Assembly: GCA_963580625.1 (NCBI GenBank)
Contig: CAUZKS010000001.1
Location: 1 to 41,269 of the forward strand
Origin: Dehalococcoidia bacterium
GTDB lineage: Bacteria > Chloroflexota > Dehalococcoidia > Lucifugimonadales > Lucifugimonadaceae
Direction: 5' to 3'
DNA: 41,269 nucleotides
Below, one piece after another: positions 8,352 through 16,611 of this stretch. The position numbers and the translations under genes were made by a program. Numbering within the stretch: the first letter of the stretch is position 1; each line of letters starts with the position of its first letter. The notes under the pieces are model-generated. The model was given only the letters and a program-made list of their open reading frames with translations. It ran no database searches and was not told where the DNA came from.

Positions 8352-10658
8352 CTAGGGTGCGTCAAGGAACGCGTCGCCCAGTTCAGGGTCCTCGCGCTTA
8401 GCCTTTGTAGAATCGCCGGGCTTTACCTTTTTCAGGCCGCTGAATGCAGCCATCAATTTCTTGAGGCCGTTGCCGTTGCCGAATGCGACGGTCACCTCTG
8501 TATCGCCGCCCGTTTCGATGGCCTCGATAACGATGCCGTCACCATAGGTGTCGTGGAATACGCGGTCGGCAACCCGGTAGTCGCCCCTCTGGGCGGCTCT
8601 TACTTCCAGTGGAGTTGCGGCGGCGCGTCTTCCGGCGGTTGGATCGTACGACCGCCCGGTGACGTTTCGGGTGGGCGCCACCTTGCGGACCGTGTTTGAG
8701 TTGCGGCGTATCGAGACGGTCTCGACGCACCCCAGCGGTATCTCGTCGAGGAAGCGTGACGGCATCATGGCGCCGCGTGATCCCCGGAACCCCCGCTGGA
8801 ATGCGTGGAACATATAGAGACGTTTGCGTGCCCGGGTCATGCCTACATAGCAGAGCCGGCGTTCCTCTTCCAGATCGGCGCTGCTCTCCAGGGATCGAGA
8901 GTGCGGGAGCAGCCCTTCTTCCATGCCGATCATGAACACGGCGTCGTACTCGAGCCCTTTCGCCTGGTGAAGCGTTATGAGGGTGATGGCGTCTTCGCCC
9001 TCTTCCAGTGAATCGATATCCGACACCAGCGCGACGTTCTCAAGGAACTCGATGAGCCGTTCACGCGGTTCCGGGCCCTCAAAGTTAGAGGCGGAGCCGC
9101 GTAGCTCCAGAATGTTGTCCCACCGTTCCTCACCGCGCTCTTTGTCTTCTTGGACGAGACGCTTGTAGCCGCTCCGTTCAAGTGTCAGGTCAAGTAGTTC
9201 CACGGCGGACAAGATAATGCTTTGTTCTATCAGCCGTTCGATCAGATCGGCGAAGGCCCGCACGGACTTTACGGCCCGCGGGTTTAGCTGCTCGAACAGT
9301 CCCTGTTCTTCGTCATCTACCTGCAGGATTACGTTGAGCATCGATGTCCCGCGGGAACGAGCGACCGCTCGTATCGCATCGACGCTGCGCGGGCTGATGC
9401 CGCGTGCCGGCACGTTAACGATTCGCTCAAGCGCAGCGTCGTCGGACGGGTTCACGGTCAACCGGAGATAGGCGACGGTGTCACGGATCTCTTTGCGTTC
9501 ATAGAACTTGGTTCCGCCGACGAGCTGGTAAACGACGCCGTGCCGGTTGCATGCCGCTTCCATGGCACGTGACTGTGCGTTGGTGCGATACATGACGGCG
9601 ATCTCTTGTCGACCGAACTCATCCTCCTCGACCAACCGGTTGATCTCCTGGAGCACCACTCGTGCCTCTTCGTCCTCGTCGTATGCCTCGCCGACGGTGA
9701 CAGGGCTGCCCTTGTCGTTCTCCGTCCACAGGTTCTTCTTGAGGCGTTCGTCGTTGTTAGCGATCACGCCAGATGCGGCTTCGAGGATGGTCTGGGTGGA
9801 GCGGTAGCTCTGGTCCAGAGTGACGGTTACGGCGTCCGGATACACGGTCTGGAAGTCGGTCAGGTTCCGAATATCGGCGTGGCGCCAGGAGTAGATCGAC
9901 TGGTCGGGGTCGCCCACGACGCATATGTTCTTGTGCTTGGCGGCCAGCAATCGGGTCAGCGAGAACTGGATGGCGTTTGTGTCCTGGAATTCGTCCACCA
10001 GAACGTGCCGATATCGGTCCTGGTACTTCTCCAGGACGTCCGCGTGGTCCTCGAACAGGTTATGTGCGCGCAAAAGCAGATCGTCGAAATCGACGGCGTT
10101 GGCGGTCGCCAGTTGCTCCGTATAGCGCGCGTACACACGTGCGACGACCTCCTCAAAGTAGCTCTTGGAAAGCTTTGAGAGTCGGGAGTCGTCGATCATC
10201 TTGTTCTTGGCGTCTGAGATGCCGGACAGGATGGCCCGTGGAGCGAACTGTTTGGGGTCGAGTTCCAGCTCTTCGAGGATCTTGCGGACAAGTTTCTGCT
10301 GATCGTCTCCGTCGTATATGGAGAAGGCAGGGTCGAGGCCGATCTGGCCGCCATCCTGTCGGAGCACAAATGCGCAGAACGAGTGGAAGGTTCGGACCTG
10401 AAGCCCGGTGTTGGCGCCGCCGACAAGTCCCACAGCCCGTTCTCTCAGTTCGCGGGCCGATTTGTTGGTGAAGGTAACGGCAAGAATGCGCCACGGCGCG
10501 ACGCCCTGTACGGAGGTCAGGTACGCGATGCGGTGCGCCATGACGCGCGTTTTACCGGAACCGGGACCGGCTACGATGAGGAGGGGGCCATCGGCGTGTT
10601 GAACGGCCTCTTTTTGCCGGCCGCTGAGTTCGGAGAATATGTCCACCTGGGTAGTCAC
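8352..10658 (-). CDS. pcrA: ATP-dependent DNA helicase PcrA/UvrD (SF1)
   Basis: 768 aa. Walker A AGPGSGKTRV, plus DEFQDTN, VGDPDQSIYSWRHA, YRTNAQSR, TLHQAKGLEYD and VGMTRAR. The C-terminal tail is of the UvrD type (VFHDTYGDGIV). Confidence 0.9.
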   Translation of the reverse strand: MTTQVDIFSELSGRQKEAVQHADGPLLIVAGPGSGKTRVMAHRIAYLTSVQGVAPWRILAVTFTNKSARELRERAVGLVGGANTGLQVRTFHSFCAFVLRQDGGQIGLDPAFSIYDGDDQQKLVRKILEELELDPKQFAPRAILSGISDAKNKMIDDSRLSKLSKSYFEEVVARVYARYTEQLATANAVDFDDLLLRAHNLFEDHADVLEKYQDRYRHVLVDEFQDTNAIQFSLTRLLAAKHKNICVVGDPDQSIYSWRHADIRNLTDFQTVYPDAVTVTLDQSYRSTQTILEAASGVIANNDERLKKNLWTENDKGSPVTVGEAYDEDEEARVVLQEINRLVEEDEFGRQEIAVMYRTNAQSRAMEAACNRHGVVYQLVGGTKFYERKEIRDTVAYLRLTVNPSDDAALERIVNVPARGISPRSVDAIRAVARSRGTSMLNVILQVDDEEQGLFEQLNPRAVKSVRAFADLIERLIEQSIILSAVELLDLTLERSGYKRLVQEDKERGEERWDNILELRGSASNFEGPEPRERLIEFLENVALVSDIDSLEEGEDAITLITLHQAKGLEYDAVFMIGMEEGLLPHSRSLESSADLEEERRLCYVGMTRARKRLYMFHAFQRGFRGSRGAMMPSRFLDEIPLGCVETVSIRRNSNTVRKVAPTRNVTGRSYDPTAGRRAAATPLEVRAAQRGDYRVADRVFHDTYGDGIVIEAIETGGDTEVTVAFGNGNGLKKLMAAFSGLKKVKPGDSTKAKREDPELGDAFLDAP

Positions 10659-10833
10659 AAAACGATTGTAGCCGTCTCCCTCCCGTCGCCGGCGTTGTTT
10701 AGGACGGATGTAAACGGGTTCATTTCATTCGGCCTAATATTGATCTTATGGATCGTTCAGCGGAACTACACCCACCCTTGTCATTGGCCCACCCATGCTG
10801 AGGCTCTCGAAGCATGAGTCCGGCAACAACACG

Positions 10834-10873
10834 TCCCCTCTCCCAGCGGGAGAGGGTTAGGGTGAGGGAGAAG
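10834..10873 (+). repeat. Intergenic hairpin repeat, family 1, copy 1
   Basis: TCCCCTCTCCCAGCGGGAGAGGGTTAGGGTGAGGGAGAAG. The stem is CCCTCTCCC / GGGAGAGGG, followed by a G-rich tail. Related copies lie at 11907 and 12742. Confidence 0.7.
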
Positions 10874-11126
10874 TCATAAAAACAATCGCATCCAAGTCCG
10901 TGGATCCTCTCAATCACCATTTCGAAAGACAACCGCCATCACGCACCAGCACCAACACAATCCTGACACGCCTGAACCAACCACCTTCGGGCCGGGGTCC
11001 GAGGAACGACTCAGCAGATCAGACCGTTTTTACGAGTCGACCAACCGTGGGATCGTCGAGTGGCTCGCTCCCGGACCCGGCAATCGGATTCTTGACGCAG
11101 GATGCGGCACGGCGGGGTTCACCCAA

Positions 11127-11837
11127 TTGCTTGCGGAGTCGATCGGTGACGACGATCTCGTAGACGCCGCCGATACGAGCGAGCATCTGCTGGAGTACAA
11201 CCGGTCTCGATTCGCAGACGATGGAGTCGGCAAACGCATCCGATTTCACGAGGCGCCGATCCAGGAGCTCCCGTTCGACAATGGGATTTTCGATCTGGTG
11301 TGGAGCAGTCGTGCGGTCCATCATCTCTCGGACCAGTTGGCGGGCGTGAAAGAGCTAGCGCGGGTCGTCGCTCCCGGCGGCAAGCTGGCGATTCGTGAGG
11401 GTGGGGTGTCGGCGCGGTTTATGCCGACCACGATGGAATTGACGGGGACAGGGCTGAACGAGCGATTGGCCGATGCGATGGAGTCGTGGTTCGTCAGCCA
11501 CGTCCATTTCGCAGAAGACGCCGTGCCCTATCCGTACGGCTGGACGCAGCTACTCCGGGACGCCGGGATGGAGGACGTAACCGCACGAACTTTCATCCAC
11601 GAGTTCCTAGCGCCATTCACAGAGTTACAGCAATCGTTCCTGTTGGGCGGCATAACGCGGTGGGCCACAGACGAGTCACGGAGGGATTACCTTTCAGAGA
11701 AAGATCGGTCTGCGCTAAAGCGTCTGATCGACCCGGGCGACGTCGAGTACGTGTTCAACCGCCCGGATTTGCACTTCATCGAAGGGATTACGGTGTATGT
11801 GGGATCAGGTGTTGGAGGGGATACCAAAGGATCCTGA
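11127..11837 (+). CDS. Class I SAM-dependent methyltransferase, 5' end unresolved
   Basis: 236 aa from the first canonical start (TTG 11127). Motif post-I/II region FDLVWSSRAVHH and GGKLAIRE. The SAM motif I (NRILDAGCGTAGF, 11082-11120) is in the same frame but upstream of that start. The frame is open from 10866. Confidence 0.7.
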   Translation: MLAESIGDDDLVDAADTSEHLLEYNRSRFADDGVGKRIRFHEAPIQELPFDNGIFDLVWSSRAVHHLSDQLAGVKELARVVAPGGKLAIREGGVSARFMPTTMELTGTGLNERLADAMESWFVSHVHFAEDAVPYPYGWTQLLRDAGMEDVTARTFIHEFLAPFTELQQSFLLGGITRWATDESRRDYLSEKDRSALKRLIDPGDVEYVFNRPDLHFIEGITVYVGSGVGGDTKGS

Positions 11838-11851
11838 ATCGAGTTCAGAAT
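11831..11851. repeat. Palindromic repeat, family 2, copy 1
   Basis: ATCCTGAATCGAGTTCAGAAT overlaps the methyltransferase stop codon. It shares an 18-nt identical core with 12806-12826. Confidence 0.7.
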
Positions 11852-11906
11852 GGCATATTGTTGCGATCACCGGGAGCTTATTGTCTGCCCGCGTCTAGCG
11901 TGATGA

Positions 11907-11944
11907 TCCCCTCTGCCGGTCGGGAAAGGGTTGGCATGAGAGGG
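11907..11944 (+). repeat. Intergenic hairpin repeat, family 1, copy 2 (more diverged)
   Basis: TCCCCTCTGCCGGTCGGGAAAGGGTTGGCATGAGAGGG aligns column for column with copies 1 and 3. Confidence 0.6.
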
Positions 11945-11988
11945 TTTCTTCGATAGAAGGACGCCGGCTAGCGCTCTGCTGGGCCAGA

Positions 11989-12013
11989 GGGCGTATTGCC
12001 ATACGCTGCTACA
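11989..12013. repeat. REP-like palindrome, family 3, copy 1
   Basis: GGGCGTATTGCCATACGCTGCTACA. The core GCGTAT-TGCC-ATACGC is a perfect palindrome. It lies between convergent genes. Confidence 0.6.
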
Positions 12014-12027
12014 CCCGTTGATTACAC

Positions 12028-12723
12028 TTACAGAATCCCGTATTTGGCGTAGACCTCTGATAGGGATTTCCCGGCGAGCAGTTCATCACGGGTGGCGTTT
12101 TCGCCTTCGGTCTTTTCGAATGCGCCTTTGATTGTGGCGTCCAAGATTTCCGCCGGGATTACGACTATCCCGTCGACATCGGCGAAAAGGTAGTCGCCGG
12201 GCTTTATCGGAACGCCCCCGCACACGACATCGACATCGGCTGCCGTCATCTCGTGGCGGCCTCCACCGTCAAGTGGGCTGACGCCGTTTGTGAAAACGGG
12301 GAAGCCGACTTCTCGGATCAGGTGGACGTCTCGAATCTGGCCGTCGGTTACGAGACCTGCTGCGCCGCGTGCCATTGCGGCGGCGGTGAGGAGTTCGCCC
12401 CACGTGGCGGCGGTGCCTATGTCCCCACAGGCCCGCACAACGATGTCGCCAGGATTCAGATCGTCCATGACGTTGATGGTGAGTTCGTACGGGTTGTCGG
12501 GACGAGGCGTGCCCGGTTCCACCTTCTCGATCAGCGCCGTCCGTACCGGGCCGAACAGTGTCTTTGAGTCGTCCAGCGGCCGGATATGCCGGTCCATCGC
12601 CTGGTTGACGTAGCCAAGTGAATCCATCGTGTCGCAGATTACCGATGAGTTAAGCCCGCTCCGGGTGCGTTTGATTGTGGCAGCGTCGAGGGTCATGGAC
12701 TTACCTCTTGTTGTAATTCTCAC
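12028..12723 (-). CDS. RraA family protein (RraA / HMG-CHA aldolase-like)
   Basis: 231 aa. ICDTMDSLG near the N-terminus, WGELLTAAAMARGAAGLVTDGQIRD, and a GDYLFADVDGIVVIP C-terminal motif typical of the RraA fold. Confidence 0.75.
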   Translation of the reverse strand: MRITTRGKSMTLDAATIKRTRSGLNSSVICDTMDSLGYVNQAMDRHIRPLDDSKTLFGPVRTALIEKVEPGTPRPDNPYELTINVMDDLNPGDIVVRACGDIGTAATWGELLTAAAMARGAAGLVTDGQIRDVHLIREVGFPVFTNGVSPLDGGGRHEMTAADVDVVCGGVPIKPGDYLFADVDGIVVIPAEILDATIKGAFEKTEGENATRDELLAGKSLSEVYAKYGIL

Positions 12724-12741
12724 GATTGGTGGAAGGCATAA

Positions 12742-12782
12742 GCCCCTTCTCCGAACGGGATAGGGTTGGGATGAGGGAGAAG
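12742..12782 (+). repeat. Intergenic hairpin repeat, family 1, copy 3
   Basis: GCCCCTTCTCCGAACGGGATAGGGTTGGGATGAGGGAGAAG, in the same orientation as copies 1 and 2. Confidence 0.65.
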
Positions 12783-12805
12783 ACAGGTCGCCTGGAAACG
12801 AACGA

Positions 12806-12826
12806 ATCCTGAATCGAGTTCAGGAT
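12806..12826. repeat. Palindromic repeat, family 2, copy 2
   Basis: ATCCTGAATCGAGTTCAGGAT has perfect 8-bp arms ATCCTGAA / TTCAGGAT and a 5-nt loop. It sits 12 nt downstream of the stop of the 12838-13824 gene. Confidence 0.7.
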
Positions 12827-12837
12827 GACGATAACGC

Positions 12838-13824
12838 CTACCCGGTAACGGGGCGGGCGATTGCGGAGTCGATGCGGTCCAGGTCGAGATGTTCAGAGGC
12901 CAGTTCGGAAAATCGCTCAAGCTTGGCCGGGTGGTCGAAGTGTGAGAACTCAAGGAACCGCTCAAGCTCCGTTGCGGCCTGCTGCGTGTCTGACTTGACC
13001 ACGGTCACAGGGACCTGCCGTTTGTCCGCCTCGTAGTAGACGTACTCGACGGGTTGCACGCCGCAGGTAAGGATCAAGGCTTTGATGGGCGTAGCGAGTG
13101 CCGCGATGGCGAGGTCCGGGCGATCACCACGCACGAGGACGGCGGCGTTTTCCTGTGAGGCGAAGTAGAGCGGGCCCCAGTCAAGAACGAGTCCGCCGAT
13201 CAGGACGTTTTCGACAAGTTCGTCGGCATGCTCTTCCCATTCGAGCCATTCGCCGCCTAGGCATTCGTTCATTGCCCGGACGGTGACGGCGACGAGTCGG
13301 CGATCTTCCGGAATCGCGCCGATGTAGGGCAGTCCTGCCACTTCAAGTGCAGGAACAACCTCTGTGTCCATATCATGGCCGCGGTGCCTTGGTGCATTGT
13401 TGATGACCACCCCGGCCAGTCGGTCACCGTAGACAGGCGCGGCCTCGATCGCAGATTTGAAGTCGGACTGTCCGGACACTAGTACGACGCTGGCGTCTAG
13501 TTCGTCTGCAAGTGACCGGTTCACGGCGTGGTTTCCCGAGAGGCCTTCGATTACCGTGATTGCACTTGCATCGCTGCCGCCGGCGGCCTGTGCGGCCTGT
13601 TTGACCTGATCGTCAGTAGGATTGCCGCTGACGGTGATGGGATCGATAGCTTTCGCGCCGTCGACGAGTGTGTTCAACGCCACCACATCCACGTCTTCGG
13701 CCGCACCGAAGGCTTTGCCAAGTGAAACGGCGGCGCCATCGGCCAGCAATCGCGCTGCGTACGTGGCAGCGAAGGCTGTTTTGCCTGCGCCGGGTGATGT
13801 GGAGACGACAAGAAGGGTGGGCAT
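12838..13824 (-). CDS. Stand-alone phosphotransacetylase N-terminal-like protein (BioD-like P-loop domain + DRTGG domain)
   Basis: 328 aa. N-terminal STSPGAGKTAFA P-loop and VIEG...VVLV of BioD/CobQ-like ATPases. The C-terminal AVLVRGDRPDLAIAAL...ALILTCG matches the DRTGG signature. No PTA_PTB catalytic domain follows. Confidence 0.65.
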   Translation of the reverse strand: MPTLLVVSTSPGAGKTAFAATYAARLLADGAAVSLGKAFGAAEDVDVVALNTLVDGAKAIDPITVSGNPTDDQVKQAAQAAGGSDASAITVIEGLSGNHAVNRSLADELDASVVLVSGQSDFKSAIEAAPVYGDRLAGVVINNAPRHRGHDMDTEVVPALEVAGLPYIGAIPEDRRLVAVTVRAMNECLGGEWLEWEEHADELVENVLIGGLVLDWGPLYFASQENAAVLVRGDRPDLAIAALATPIKALILTCGVQPVEYVYYEADKRQVPVTVVKSDTQQAATELERFLEFSHFDHPAKLERFSELASEHLDLDRIDSAIARPVTG

Positions 13825-14150
13825 GGGTTCCCTATGAATTGATTTGGGGACCGATATGAGGTCGTTTGTCTGAGGAGCCGCGTGGGCGAGCGCGGGCGTG
13901 TGTGCGCACGACCGGATTCGGAATTATAGCGGGCCAGAGATATAACGGGCTGCCAACTAGATCTTCAATAGATATGACCGCGTTGCATATCTGGAGAAAG
14001 AGTGAGGTTTGGCGAGAGAATACGAGGAGATACTCGTCGGGAGGCTTCGAAGGTGGCTCCAGTCGCGTGAGTCGAGAAGAAGAATGGGCGCACATCCGGG
14101 CCATACTGCGGTTGAAGTGGTGCGAGTTGTCTGAGACGATGGATCGTCGT

Positions 14151-14226
<76 letters not shown>

Positions 14227-14243
14227 CAAATCTGAACGTGAAA

Positions 14244-14279
14244 ACGGCCTCGGACGCTTTTATGGTCCGGGGTCGTTTC
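14244..14279 (+). terminator. Possible terminator hairpin downstream of tRNA-Phe
   Basis: 11-bp stem ACGGCCTCGGA / TCCGGGGTCGT (2 G-U pairs), an 11-nt loop and a short T-run. Confidence 0.35.
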
Positions 14280-14342
14280 GCGAGGAAAGATTCTCCATTC
14301 CGTTCGCCTGACGGACGATTCAGAAGTAACACAGCCTAGGCT

Positions 14343-15518
14343 TCACGCCGGAATAAGCGCTCCACAGTCCCAATCTGCCAGGGCGATCATGCGGGGTGAG
14401 ACAGCATCGACCCAGGCCTGTCCAGGGTCACTCCCCATGGCGAGATTGGGGATTGATATGACATAATTTTCCAGATTCCGGAGCATGCCAAGGAGACAGT
14501 CTTGGAGCCCTTGTTCCCGGTTGTAGTTTTGGACACCGTTTTCGGCTAGGGTCTCGACGTACAGATCGATCAAGGATGTCTCGTGAGTGCGGCGTTGATC
14601 ATCCGTGAGACTCCACACAAGGAAATCGGCGAGGTCGATGCCAGGCGGCCCGTGCTGCGCGAATTGCCAGTCGAAGGTGACGATCTGGTCGCCATCGAAG
14701 AACAGGTTAGCGAGTCGATAATCGCCATGGTTCAGGGTGAGCGCGGGCACTGAGGCGTTGGACCATATTTGCGCGAGTTTTGGCCCGAGCCTTTCTCCGA
14801 CCTCGTACACATCCGCGTGCAGAACGGACTTCAACTGGCCGGATACGGCTGTCCAGGCGTCTAGATAAACCTGTTGGCGAGATCGCGCTGACATTGGATC
14901 CAGTGGCCGGTATAGCCATTGGTACCCAATAAGCTGCTCACTACCCCACCAGCGCGCTTGCAGTCGGGCAGCGTTTCGAACAGCGGCCTGCGCGTCTTCG
15001 ATCGATCCGAGACGTGTCTCGTCGCCGACACGAAGATGTGATAGATCTTCCAGCAAGAGAACGAAGTATCCCTCCGCGGTGGCCCCGTAATAGAACCGCG
15101 GAATCCGGACGCCAAGGTTCTGACCAAGTTCTGTGTAGAAACCGATTTCCGCCGCGTACAATCCAGCGCGGTCCGCAAATTTTCGAACCTCGTCGTTTGA
15201 TACGGCGATCTTCGCGACGAGGGTCGGCGGAGCCTCATTCGAACCGCCCGAGTACTCTATCAACAACCGGGCGACCTCTCCGACGAACCCCATCCCCTCG
15301 CCGATGGGATCAAAACGAACAGATTCCACCTCATCTGACGTGAGAAACCCGCCGTCCCGTAACGCCCCGGTCAGCCACTCTGGCGTAATGTCCACAATTG
15401 TGCGGGGGATTCCCACGTCTACAACGACCGGCGTCTCGGTAAGTTTCCGGTGCCCGGGCCGGGCGTTCCGGGGAGGATTTGATCTAGTTCTGTCATGTCT
15501 GCCGGGGTCAGTTCCCAT
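14343..15518 (-). CDS. Phosphotransferase family protein (APH / choline-kinase-like fold)
   Basis: 391 aa. Catalytic loop LNHGDYRLANLFF (HxDxxxxN), followed by VTFDWQF. The Arg-rich first 34 aa overlap the upstream AKR gene by 100 nt. GTG at 15416, 2 nt after the AKR stop, is a more plausible start. Confidence 0.7.
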   Translation of the reverse strand: MGTDPGRHDRTRSNPPRNARPGHRKLTETPVVVDVGIPRTIVDITPEWLTGALRDGGFLTSDEVESVRFDPIGEGMGFVGEVARLLIEYSGGSNEAPPTLVAKIAVSNDEVRKFADRAGLYAAEIGFYTELGQNLGVRIPRFYYGATAEGYFVLLLEDLSHLRVGDETRLGSIEDAQAAVRNAARLQARWWGSEQLIGYQWLYRPLDPMSARSRQQVYLDAWTAVSGQLKSVLHADVYEVGERLGPKLAQIWSNASVPALTLNHGDYRLANLFFDGDQIVTFDWQFAQHGPPGIDLADFLVWSLTDDQRRTHETSLIDLYVETLAENGVQNYNREQGLQDCLLGMLRNLENYVISIPNLAMGSDPGQAWVDAVSPRMIALADWDCGALIPA

Positions 15519-16429
15519 TCGGACGCGGCGGCATTCTGGACGATCTGCTCTACCCGGGTTGCTCCGGCTATCACGGATGACACTTCCGGGTGCGCCAGCA
15601 GCCAGGCAAAGGCCAGCTCGACCATCGTGTGTCCCCGCTCTGACGCGAACTTTTCGAGTGACTCAAGCAGGTCGAAGCCTGCATCGGTGGCATGCTGGTC
15701 CGCCGTCCATTGCAGTCGCGCAAGACGACTGCCTTCAGGAAGCTCCATGCCTCGTTTGTACTTTCCTGTCAGAAAGCCTGAGGCCAGCGGGTAGTAGGGC
15801 AAGATGCCGGTTCTGTAGTTAGCGGCGGCGTGAAGTAGCTCTTTCTCGGGCTCACGTTCTAGCATCGAGAACTCCGGTTGCACGGTGGCGAACTCCGGCC
15901 AGCCGTTGCTGCGTGCCACCTGAATTCCTTCCACGACCTCCCATGCGAGGAAGTTGGAACAGCCTATGTATCGGACTTTCCCGGCGGCCACTATGTCGTC
16001 CAGCGCCCGTAGTGTCTCTTCGATGGTGGTCAGCGGATCCTGGATATGCATCTGGTAGAGATCGATGTAGTCGGTCTGCAATCGTCGGAGGCTGTTGTCT
16101 ATCGAGCGCTTCAGGTGCGCGGCCGTGAGACCTTCAGAGTTGACGCCGCTCGCCCATTTCATACCCGCCTTAGAGGCGATGACAACCTCGTTCCGGTAGC
16201 CCTTGAGGGCCTGCCCTATGAACTCCTCCGACTGTCCCTCCGAGTACAAATCAGATGTGTCGATGAAGTTGATCCCGGTGTCGCGTGCCGCGGCGAGGAT
16301 GTCTGTCGCCGTCTCAAGGCTGAGGTTTCCTCCGGCTACCTGGCTTGGGCTCATCTGCCCGAAGTTATTGGCGCCGAGGCCGATGGCTGAGACAAGTAGT
16401 CCTGTGCTGCCGAGTTGTCGGTACTTCAC
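15419..16429 (-). CDS. Aldo/keto reductase
   Basis: 336 aa. LGANNFG, IDTSDLYSEGQSE (catalytic Asp/Tyr), VIASKAG (Lys), IDLYQMH and YIGCSNF are typical AKR blocks. Confidence 0.85.
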   Translation of the reverse strand: MKYRQLGSTGLLVSAIGLGANNFGQMSPSQVAGGNLSLETATDILAAARDTGINFIDTSDLYSEGQSEEFIGQALKGYRNEVVIASKAGMKWASGVNSEGLTAAHLKRSIDNSLRRLQTDYIDLYQMHIQDPLTTIEETLRALDDIVAAGKVRYIGCSNFLAWEVVEGIQVARSNGWPEFATVQPEFSMLEREPEKELLHAAANYRTGILPYYPLASGFLTGKYKRGMELPEGSRLARLQWTADQHATDAGFDLLESLEKFASERGHTMVELAFAWLLAHPEVSSVIAGATRVEQIVQNAAASEWELTPADMTELDQILPGTPGPGTGNLPRRRSL

Positions 16430-16468
16430 GGGCGGGTCCGCTCCATTTTCGAAAGATGCGGGTCAGAC

Positions 16469-16493
16469 GGGCGTATGGCCATACACCTCTACA
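16469..16493. repeat. REP-like palindrome, family 3, copy 2
   Basis: GGGCGTATGGCCATACACCTCTACA matches 21 of 25 positions of the copy at 11989-12013. It lies in the divergent intergenic region between the AKR and the 2Fe-2S gene. Confidence 0.55.
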
Positions 16494-16611
16494 GTAATCA
16501 GGCTAACGGCCGAGATCCGGCATCGTAACAATTGTCGCCCTGTCCCGCGGTGATTCCGATAACGAGTGCTGCCACGTATGATGCGCTTCACAGAGAAAGG
16601 GGCTGCTCTAG

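Noticed and set aside
10720-10932. 70-aa ORF containing ...LTLTLSRWERGRV...
   Set aside because: It is a translation of the family-1 intergenic repeat. It has no start context and overlaps the repeat hairpin.
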